Source of the DNA: Lachnospiraceae bacterium
Lineage (GTDB): Bacteria; Bacillota; Clostridia; Lachnospirales; Lachnospiraceae
Reading direction: 5' to 3'
Length of the DNA stretch: 64,000 nucleotides
Assembly: GCA_024696615.1 (NCBI GenBank)
Contig: JAILGS010000090.1
Span: 26,069-90,068, forward strand
Shown: piece after piece, positions 9,991 to 17,610 of the stretch
Numbering within the stretch: the stretch's first letter is position 1
Layout of the letters: the number at the start of each line of letters is the position of its first letter
Notes under the pieces: generated by a model
What the model was told of the DNA's origin: nothing
What the model saw: only the letters and a program-made list of their open reading frames with translations
Databases searched by the model: none
Translations under genes and position numbers: made by a program

Positions 9991-11060
9991 AAATAGGAAT
10001 TATGTTACCACCGAAAGAAAAGAATAATGGTGGAATTAATCGGGTAGCCTATAATACTCTGCGCAACATGGAACAAATGTCCATGCCACATGAACTGGTC
10101 ATGTTGGGAGAGGGATATCCTAATTTATCCTATCCCCATATTGATTTATTACCTTCTTATATGCAGATGAATCATTTGTCCTTTACCTTATCTGCTCATC
10201 CCATGGATTTAGTTCATACCTATTATCATCCAATTGATTTTTCGGACAAGATTTCTTGTAAAAGGGTAATGACTATTTATGATCTATATACGATAGCCAA
10301 TCCCCAATGGTTTTCTAAGACTTATATCGATTTTCAAGATCGCATCATGCGTGAAAGTGCCCTAAAAGCGGATCGGATCATTGCAATTTCTGAAGCAACC
10401 AAGGGGGATATTGTCCATTACTATGGGATTCCGGAAGAAAAAATTAAAGTGGTATATTTAGGCGTTCCAGAGTTGTTTCAAAAGCAGGTGGAATCTAAGG
10501 ATTTTTCTTGCCCGGATCGCTATCTTCTATCGGTTTCTGCCATTGCTCAGAATAAAAACCAGGCAGGACTTGTGGAGGCATTTTTAGTTTATAAAGAACG
10601 TCATCCGGAGGATGATGTGAAATTAGTACTTGTGGGAGCCATGCGCCAGCCGGAGGAAATTGTGGCCTTATTAGAGAAGGCAGGATCTTGTAGGGAAGAT
10701 GTACTCTATACGGGATATGTATCCGATGAAGAGTTGTTACAGTGGTATGACCGAGCGACTGCATTTGCCTATCCATCCTTCTATGAAGGATTTGGACTTC
10801 CAATTCTTGAGGCCATGACAAGAAAGAAAGCAGTGATTTCCTCCAATACTACCTCCATGCCGGAGGTGGGAGGCGATGCCGTATGTTATTGTGATCCGGC
10901 AAGGATTGAATCCATTACGGATGCCATCACCAAAGTCCTGCAAGATGATGGATATCGGGCGGAATTGGAAAAGAAGGCCGAAGTTCAGGCCGGAAAATTT
11001 TCCTATGCAAGAGCGGCAAGGGAGACCCTTGCCATATATGATGAGTTGCTGTTAGGTTGA
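9987..11060 (+). CDS. family 4 (GT-B) glycosyltransferase
   Basis: 357 aa with the GT4 signature PSFYEGFGLPILEAM. ATGA overlap with the upstream gene. Confidence 0.85.
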   Translation: MKIGIMLPPKEKNNGGINRVAYNTLRNMEQMSMPHELVMLGEGYPNLSYPHIDLLPSYMQMNHLSFTLSAHPMDLVHTYYHPIDFSDKISCKRVMTIYDLYTIANPQWFSKTYIDFQDRIMRESALKADRIIAISEATKGDIVHYYGIPEEKIKVVYLGVPELFQKQVESKDFSCPDRYLLSVSAIAQNKNQAGLVEAFLVYKERHPEDDVKLVLVGAMRQPEEIVALLEKAGSCREDVLYTGYVSDEELLQWYDRATAFAYPSFYEGFGLPILEAMTRKKAVISSNTTSMPEVGGDAVCYCDPARIESITDAITKVLQDDGYRAELEKKAEVQAGKFSYARAARETLAIYDELLLG

Positions 11061-11620
11061 TGAATGACTATAAGGGAGCGTCTATGGACCAAAAAATGAT
11101 AAAATCTCTGTATGATGAACTTTTTTTAGAATTTCATGAGGGATGCAGAGTCTGCAATCATATGGATTTCCCGATGGATTGCGATGTGCTAATGATCGCT
11201 GTAGGAATGAAAGGACAGATTGAGTCCTTATTACGTTTTCTGCATGCGCAGGAGACAAAGCCAGGAAGGATCTATATTTTGGTGCAGAAGAATATGATCC
11301 CTGTATTGGAAGATCTTGTGACTCCACAGATTATCCTGCTTCCATGGCAGGGACCATATAATGAAACCTGTGTTCCATATCTTAAGGAAAAGGTGGATGT
11401 GGAGCGCCTGGGGGCTTTGTTCTATCAGGGACGACAGCCCTTGGATTATCGGGATATGAATTTATGGGATATTCTGGAGGCACTTCAAAAAGAAAAAAAG
11501 GAGCCGGGAATTCTTGCCATGCAGGATATTACGGATCATGTGGTGGAATATAAGAATTCTAAGAGGTTACGGGCCGGAATGGAATTATATCGTTGTATGA
11601 ATCAGTATTTGGAAACATAG
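11060..11620 (+). CDS. hypothetical protein
   Basis: ~186 aa, soluble, no motif I recognise. Contains a Cys/His cluster HEGCRVCNH...DCD near the N-terminus. Start is ambiguous (ATG 11060 or ATG 11084). Confidence 0.4.
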   Translation: MNDYKGASMDQKMIKSLYDELFLEFHEGCRVCNHMDFPMDCDVLMIAVGMKGQIESLLRFLHAQETKPGRIYILVQKNMIPVLEDLVTPQIILLPWQGPYNETCVPYLKEKVDVERLGALFYQGRQPLDYRDMNLWDILEALQKEKKEPGILAMQDITDHVVEYKNSKRLRAGMELYRCMNQYLET

Positions 11621-11652
11621 CTTGGCCAAAATGGAAGGAGAGGAAATCATCT

Positions 11653-12747
11653 ATGGAAATCATGCCCAATCGGATGGATCGATTGTACTATCGATATCAG
11701 GAGGAGTTGGAACAGAAAGCATTAGAAATTTTACGGAGTGGATGGTATATCCTTGGCAAGGAAGTATCTCTTTTTGAGGAAGAATTTGCAGCATATACAG
11801 GCAGTAAGTATTGTGTAGGACTTGCAAGTGGCTTGGATGCTTTATGGATTGCCTTTCGCTTACTGGGAATTGGTGCCGGGGATGAGGTAATTGTCCAGGG
11901 AAATACTTATATTGCCAGTGTGATGGGGATTAGTATGAATGGTGCAACTCCCGTGATTGTTGAACCGGATGAATATTATTCTATTAATGTGGAGGAAATT
12001 GAAAAGCATATTACCAAGAAGACCAAGGCTGTTTTGGTAGTTCATCTCTATGGGATGGTAGCACCCATGGACCAGATTGTGGAGTTGTGTAAAAAATATA
12101 ACCTTCGTTTAGTGGAGGATTGTGCGCAGTCCCATGGTGCATGTTATCAAGGAAAAATGACAGGAACCTTTGGAGATATTGGTTGTTTTTCCTTTTATCC
12201 ATCCAAGAACTTAGGAGCCTATGGTGATGGTGGTGCCATTGTGACGAATCATGAGGATTTGGCTCAGGAAGCGAAAGTACTTCGAAATTATGGTAGTGAG
12301 AAGAGATACTATAATAAAGTGGTGGGAACCAATTCTCGTTTGGATGAATTGCAGGCGGGACTTCTTCGAGTAAAATTAAAACATCTGGACGAATTAACCC
12401 TGGAGCGACAGCAAATTGCTCAAGGATATGAGAAGGGATTGAATAAGCTAGAATTTATTCTTCCCAAGGTGCGCCAAAATACGACCTGTGTGTGGCATCA
12501 ATATGTGATCCGTTGTGAGCGAAGGGATGAACTTATGTCCTATCTGAAATCTAAGGGAATTGGAACCATTATACATTATCCGATTCCTCCGCATCTTTCC
12601 GAAGCCTATGCATATTTGGGATTGACGAAAGGGGACTATCCAATCACGGAACACTTTGCGGATACCGTTCTTTCAATTCCAATGTACAATGGAATGACGA
12701 AAGAGGAACAGGATTATATTATAGAACAGTTACAGGGATTTAACTGA
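11653..12747 (+). CDS. DegT/DnrJ/EryC1-family PLP sugar aminotransferase (FdtB/QdtB-like)
   Basis: 364 aa from ATG 11653, with GGAGAGG RBS upstream. Typical motifs GDEVIVQGNTYIAS and FSFYPSKNLGAYGDGG (PLP lysine). Adjacent to an FdtA-type isomerase. Confidence 0.85.
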   Translation: MEIMPNRMDRLYYRYQEELEQKALEILRSGWYILGKEVSLFEEEFAAYTGSKYCVGLASGLDALWIAFRLLGIGAGDEVIVQGNTYIASVMGISMNGATPVIVEPDEYYSINVEEIEKHITKKTKAVLVVHLYGMVAPMDQIVELCKKYNLRLVEDCAQSHGACYQGKMTGTFGDIGCFSFYPSKNLGAYGDGGAIVTNHEDLAQEAKVLRNYGSEKRYYNKVVGTNSRLDELQAGLLRVKLKHLDELTLERQQIAQGYEKGLNKLEFILPKVRQNTTCVWHQYVIRCERRDELMSYLKSKGIGTIIHYPIPPHLSEAYAYLGLTKGDYPITEHFADTVLSIPMYNGMTKEEQDYIIEQLQGFN

Positions 12748-12761
12748 ATTGGGGGAATGGG

Positions 12762-13184
12762 ATGACATTACAGGAAAAATGTACAATTCTTGATTTTAAG
12801 GATTTGGGTGATGAACGAGGAAAATTAGTGGTGATTGAAGGGGGAATGACGATTCCTTTTGAGATTGCCAGAGTTTTTTATATCTATGGCTCGGATGATA
12901 CTGTGGTACGAGGACAACATGCGAATAAAAAATCAGAATTTGTCTTAATTAATGTTGCCGGAAGCAGTAAGGTTCGAATTACCGATGGGAAAGAAGAATT
13001 TATCGTGGAATTGAATCGGCCTATGATGGGGGTATATATTCCCAAAATGATCTGGAAGGACATGTATGATTTTTCTTCGGATTCGGTATTACTTGTACTG
13101 TCCAATACACATTATGATGGGGAAGAGTATTTACGTAATTTCGATGATTATATGGAATATAAAAAGAAATTAGAATCCGAATAA
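12762..13184 (+). CDS. FdtA/QdtA-type sugar 3,4-ketoisomerase (WxcM-like cupin)
   Basis: 140 aa. DERGKLVVIE...ARVFYIY...RGQHANKK matches the small cupin dTDP-4-keto-6-deoxyhexose 3,4-isomerases. Confidence 0.8.
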   Translation: MTLQEKCTILDFKDLGDERGKLVVIEGGMTIPFEIARVFYIYGSDDTVVRGQHANKKSEFVLINVAGSSKVRITDGKEEFIVELNRPMMGVYIPKMIWKDMYDFSSDSVLLVLSNTHYDGEEYLRNFDDYMEYKKKLESE

Positions 13185-13230
13185 GATCCGTAGGATCGAG
13201 GGAATTGAATGCAAAGAATGGAGATAGGAC

Positions 13231-14151
13231 ATGCTTAATTTTTCAGAAGAATTTTTTCAGACCCAGGTTCGGGAAGGATTTGAAGTAAAATCAATGATGA
13301 AAAAGGCCTGGGCGGGCCAATTAGAAGTATTGGAAGAGATTCGAAAAATCTGTGCACGTCATGATCTTACTTGGTTTGCAGATTATGGAACCATGTTAGG
13401 GGCAGTAAGACATAGAGGATTTATTCCCTGGGATGACGATATGGATATTGGAATGACCAGGGATCATTTGAATGCATTTGTACGATATGCCAAGGAAGAA
13501 CTTCCGCAGGGATATAAGATTTTGGCCATGGACTTGGAGCCGGAATATGATTCTCTGATCATTCGTGTGGTGAATGGAACGGAGGTTTCCATGAATTTAG
13601 AACGGTTGGAGAAATACCATGGTTGTCCCTATGTGTTAGGGGTGGATATTTTTCCATATGATTATCTTTCCAGAAATCAGGAAGAGCGGGAACTACATTT
13701 GCAATTAATGGAAATTATTCTCCGGGCGGTGGATACCATCACTGCACCGGAAATCTCCAAAGAAGAAGTGGAGGCGTATTTGTCCCAGGTGGAAGAACTG
13801 ACGGGCTGTACCATCGATCGAAACAAGCCCCTTACGGTGGCTATGATTGGTTTAGCGGAAAAATTGGGAAGTATTTATGGACCGGAAGATGGGGATGAAG
13901 TGACGGGAATTTGGCGGATTATTCTTCAGAAGAATTATTCCTTCCCCAAGGAATGGTTTGCCAAAGAAAATCTGGTGGAGATGCCTTTTGAGAATGTCAC
14001 GGTACCGGTATCAAAGTTTTTTGATCCGATTCTTACACTAAAATACGGTTCGAATTATATGACTCCGAAGATGGTGATGGATCATGATTATCCATTTTAT
14101 AAGGGGCAGGAAGAGATCTTTAAAAATATCTATGGTTATATTCCGGAATAA
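13231..14151 (+). CDS. LicD-family phosphotransferase (copy 2)
   Basis: 306 aa with DYGTMLGAVRHRGFIPWDDDMDI. Clear paralogue of the next gene: shared MMKKAWA near the N-terminus and DHDYPFYKGQEE near the C-terminus. Confidence 0.85.
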   Translation: MLNFSEEFFQTQVREGFEVKSMMKKAWAGQLEVLEEIRKICARHDLTWFADYGTMLGAVRHRGFIPWDDDMDIGMTRDHLNAFVRYAKEELPQGYKILAMDLEPEYDSLIIRVVNGTEVSMNLERLEKYHGCPYVLGVDIFPYDYLSRNQEERELHLQLMEIILRAVDTITAPEISKEEVEAYLSQVEELTGCTIDRNKPLTVAMIGLAEKLGSIYGPEDGDEVTGIWRIILQKNYSFPKEWFAKENLVEMPFENVTVPVSKFFDPILTLKYGSNYMTPKMVMDHDYPFYKGQEEIFKNIYGYIPE

Positions 14152-14168
14152 TTACGAAGAGGGAATGG

Positions 14169-15077
14169 ATGGTTAAGGAAGAATTTTTTCAAGAAGAAGA
14201 ACGAAATGGTTTTGTCATCGAGGGGATGATGAAGAAAGCCTGGGCGGTTGAGATGGAACTTGCGGATTATCTCATCCATCTTTGCCAGGCCTATCATCTT
14301 CGCCTGTATGCTTCCTGGGGAACGTTACTGGGTGCGGTAAGGCACGGAGGATTTATTCCCTGGGATGATGATATGGATTTTGTTATGCCAAGGCAGGACT
14401 ATGAACAATTGGTGCAATTGATTCGGGAAAAAAAAGAAAATGGGACCTTTCCCTATTATTTTAGCTGTCTGGAATTAAATCCGGAGCATACCCAGCCAAG
14501 TGCCACCCTTCTCAATTACCCATCCCTCCCGGTACCTAAGGAAATCCAAGAGCATTATCAGGGATTTCCTTATGTGGCAGGCGTGGATATTAGCGTAATG
14601 AATTATGTGTCCAGGAATCCTGAGGAACATGATCTATACCTGGCCCTTTATAATACCATCTATGATTTGGCGCAGAGATTTCAGGATTTTTGCCAAGAAG
14701 GAACGCTGGAAGAGTATCTACAGCAGGTGGAAAATTTTACTCACACTACTCTGGTGCGGGATGAAACCTTAAAGCATCAGCTATGGTGCCTGGCAGGACG
14801 AGTGGCCGGTCTTGTGCAGGAAGAAGAAGCGGATGCCTACGCTTTGTATGAGCGCTTAGTGCGAGTGGGACGAAAGGAATTCTATCCCAAAGAATGGTAC
14901 GAAAGTGTTCTATGGATGGACTTTGAAACCATGAAAGTCCCGGTCCCTATTGGATATCATGAGGTGTTAACCTGTTATTACGGGGTGGAATATATGACTC
15001 CCAAGCATCTTCCGCCAGGGCATGATTACCCATTTTATAAAGGACAGGAAGAATTTTTACGTACCATTCAAAAATAA
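14169..15077 (+). CDS. LicD-family phosphotransferase (copy 3)
   Basis: 302 aa with SWGTLLGAVRHGGFIPWDDDMDF. Tandem paralogue of 13231-14151. Confidence 0.85.
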   Translation: MVKEEFFQEEERNGFVIEGMMKKAWAVEMELADYLIHLCQAYHLRLYASWGTLLGAVRHGGFIPWDDDMDFVMPRQDYEQLVQLIREKKENGTFPYYFSCLELNPEHTQPSATLLNYPSLPVPKEIQEHYQGFPYVAGVDISVMNYVSRNPEEHDLYLALYNTIYDLAQRFQDFCQEGTLEEYLQQVENFTHTTLVRDETLKHQLWCLAGRVAGLVQEEEADAYALYERLVRVGRKEFYPKEWYESVLWMDFETMKVPVPIGYHEVLTCYYGVEYMTPKHLPPGHDYPFYKGQEEFLRTIQK

Positions 15078-15146
15078 TTGAGTGCTCCCATCCCAGGAGC
15101 GTTTCAAGCCAAGCAGTGATTGACTCACAGGAACGGGAGGATGCCT

Positions 15147-16283
15147 ATGAATAATATCTCGGTCTGTATTATTACGAAAAATGAGGCGGATAATTTAAGA
15201 AAATGCCTAAAATCCATTAAACCCTATGGTTTTGAGATCGTGGTAGTGGATACGGGTTCCACGGATGAAACTAAGGAAGTCATCGATACCTATGCGGATA
15301 TTTCAGGAAATTTTACCTGGTGCAATGATTTTTCTGCAGCCAGAAATTACAGTCTGGGACTTGCAAGCAACGATGCGATTTTAATCCTGGACTCCGATGA
15401 GTGGATCGAGTCCTGCGATGTGGATGGACTGCGGTATTTTATGCAAATTCATCCGGAGTGGGTAGGTCGTATCGAACGCATCAATGACTTGGCGGATGCC
15501 AATAGCAATAAGGCCCATGAACGCATCAGCCGTTTCTTTGATCGAAGATATTATGAATACTATGGACGAATTCATGAGCAGGTTACCCGAAAGACTTTAA
15601 CGGGGGACTATGTTCCCATGCGGGCTTTTGAGGTAAGACAGCGCATCGAAGAAGATCAGAAGCTCCCGGTGGTGGATATTGTCAATGATACCTATGAGAA
15701 TGTGGCAGTGGTGATTGGCCACAGTGGATTTGCAGGAACGAAGGAAAATCGTAGTACCAAAGCCCTGCGAAATATTTCCCTGTTAAAGTTAGATTTGGAC
15801 GAATATGGAGTGGACCCTTATGTGCTCTATCAGCTGGGAAAGAGCTATTATATGCTAAATGACTATGACAAGGCAGCAGAGTATTTCGAGCGGGGATTGG
15901 AATTTGACCTAAATCCTGCCCTGGAATATGTGCAGGATCTGATTGAAACCTACGGCTATGCCCTGTTAAATGGGGGCCGGGGACGGGATATGATCTTTTT
16001 AACGGATCCGGAGGTTTATAACGCATTTGCAGTGACGGCGGATTATGTCTTCCTATGCGGCCTGGCCTATATGAATAGCGAGCGATTTGAAGAAGCTATT
16101 AAGGAATTTGAGAAAGCCACCACCATGAAGATTACCAAGATTGAAGGGTGCAATTCCTATCAGGCCTACTATAATGCCGGGGTGGTGTGCGAATGCTTAG
16201 GGGATCGAAAGCGGGCCCTGCATTATTATGATCTGGCGGGAAGTTTTGCACCAGCTTTAGAAGGAAAGAAACGAATCCAGTAG
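15147..16283 (+). CDS. family 2 glycosyltransferase fused to C-terminal TPR repeats
   Basis: 378 aa from ATG 15147, with GGGAGG at 15135-15140. N-terminal GT2 motifs ISVCIITKNE and ILDSDE (DxD). C-terminal TPR-like repeats LYQLGKSYYMLNDYDKAAEYFERGLEFD, GLAYMNSERFEEAIKEFEKA and YNAGVVCECLGDRKRALHYYDLA. Confidence 0.8.
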   Translation: MNNISVCIITKNEADNLRKCLKSIKPYGFEIVVVDTGSTDETKEVIDTYADISGNFTWCNDFSAARNYSLGLASNDAILILDSDEWIESCDVDGLRYFMQIHPEWVGRIERINDLADANSNKAHERISRFFDRRYYEYYGRIHEQVTRKTLTGDYVPMRAFEVRQRIEEDQKLPVVDIVNDTYENVAVVIGHSGFAGTKENRSTKALRNISLLKLDLDEYGVDPYVLYQLGKSYYMLNDYDKAAEYFERGLEFDLNPALEYVQDLIETYGYALLNGGRGRDMIFLTDPEVYNAFAVTADYVFLCGLAYMNSERFEEAIKEFEKATTMKITKIEGCNSYQAYYNAGVVCECLGDRKRALHYYDLAGSFAPALEGKKRIQ

Positions 16284-16327
16284 GAAAGGGCTACCAGAGG
16301 ATAGCAGGAAACGGGGGAGGATCGACG

Positions 16328-17563
16328 ATGGAGAAGATGAATCAAAATCGCAAGGACAAGGGGCGATTGATCCTTTTTGTAGGGGTTTACGACACCTTGG
16401 ATATCTTCATGTATGAAATACAGAAGGAACTTGAGAGTTTAGGATACGAGACCATGCTCTTTGATTCTTCGCAAATGAATCAGAGTCTCGTAACCCTTTC
16501 GGAATATGTGAAGCGCCCGGTGAAGGCAGCGCTAACCTTTAATAATCTGGGATTTAATATGGAATTAGTGCCGGGGAAAAATCTCTGGGATGAGTTAGGA
16601 ATTGTGATGATCAACATCTTGATGGATCATCCATTTTGCTATAAGAAGGCGTTAGATGCGGCGCCCCGAAACGGAATTGTCCTTTGTCCGGATCGAAAGC
16701 ACATGGCTTATTTAAACCGCTTTTATCCGGGGCTTATGGCTACGGGATTTCTTCCACATGGAGGAAAGTATGAGCCGGGGCAGCCGGTAAAGCCATGGGA
16801 GGAGCGAAAGAAACAGGTGATGTATGCAGGAAATCTCTCCCGGAGTTTTGTGGCCAATATTATGCCGGATCTTTCGAAATTGCACTATTCGGTTGCATGG
16901 GATCTAAAGCAAATGTGTGACGAAGTGGTGGAAGATGTGATCGCGCATCCAAGGAAAACCACGGAGGAAGGCATGGAAGAATGGCTTCTTTCCCATGGAA
17001 TCCACTTAGAGGACGGGGAATTATGCCAGGTGATTGCGGATCTTCACTATATTGACCTTCTGATTGTGTCCCATTATCGGGAAAGGATTGTGCAGGCAGT
17101 GGCCGAAAGTGGACTGGAATTAGATCTATACGGGGCTGGCTGGGAGAATTGTAGTTGGATCCACGCATCCAATGTGCATTATCACGGAAAAGTATCCGCC
17201 TATCAGGTGGTGGAAGAGATGAAGGATAGTAAGGTGATCCTCAGCACCATGACCTGGTTTAAGGATGGAACCCATGACCGGGTATTTAATGGGATGTTGC
17301 AGGGGGCTCTTACGGTGTCGGATTGTTCTGACTATATGGTGGAAGAATTTCAGGGTGGCGCATCCTATGGAGAGGAACATCAGGAGATGATTCTTTTTTC
17401 TCTGGATGAGATGGATACCTTGGGGGAACGCATCCGGGAACTTTTACAGGATGAAAAAAGAGCCAAGGAAGTGGCAATGCGAGGACGGGAGCATGCGATT
17501 CGTGCGCACTCCCTACAAGAAAGAGCCAGGGAACTGGACCGGGATTTACTCAGTGTATTATAG
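16328..17563 (+). CDS. CgeB-like glycosyltransferase-family protein (GT-B C-terminal half)
   Basis: 411 aa. The C-terminal segment ...MTWFKDGTHDRVFNGMLQGALTVSD... is paralogous to the C-terminus of 55266-57092 (...MTWHKNGMTERIANSMANGAICITD...). Confidence 0.5.
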   Translation: MEKMNQNRKDKGRLILFVGVYDTLDIFMYEIQKELESLGYETMLFDSSQMNQSLVTLSEYVKRPVKAALTFNNLGFNMELVPGKNLWDELGIVMINILMDHPFCYKKALDAAPRNGIVLCPDRKHMAYLNRFYPGLMATGFLPHGGKYEPGQPVKPWEERKKQVMYAGNLSRSFVANIMPDLSKLHYSVAWDLKQMCDEVVEDVIAHPRKTTEEGMEEWLLSHGIHLEDGELCQVIADLHYIDLLIVSHYRERIVQAVAESGLELDLYGAGWENCSWIHASNVHYHGKVSAYQVVEEMKDSKVILSTMTWFKDGTHDRVFNGMLQGALTVSDCSDYMVEEFQGGASYGEEHQEMILFSLDEMDTLGERIRELLQDEKRAKEVAMRGREHAIRAHSLQERARELDRDLLSVL

Positions 17564-17610
17564 GAAGGAGTAAACCTTGGTTTTGGAAATTGATAAAGGT
17601 GGAAAAGAAT

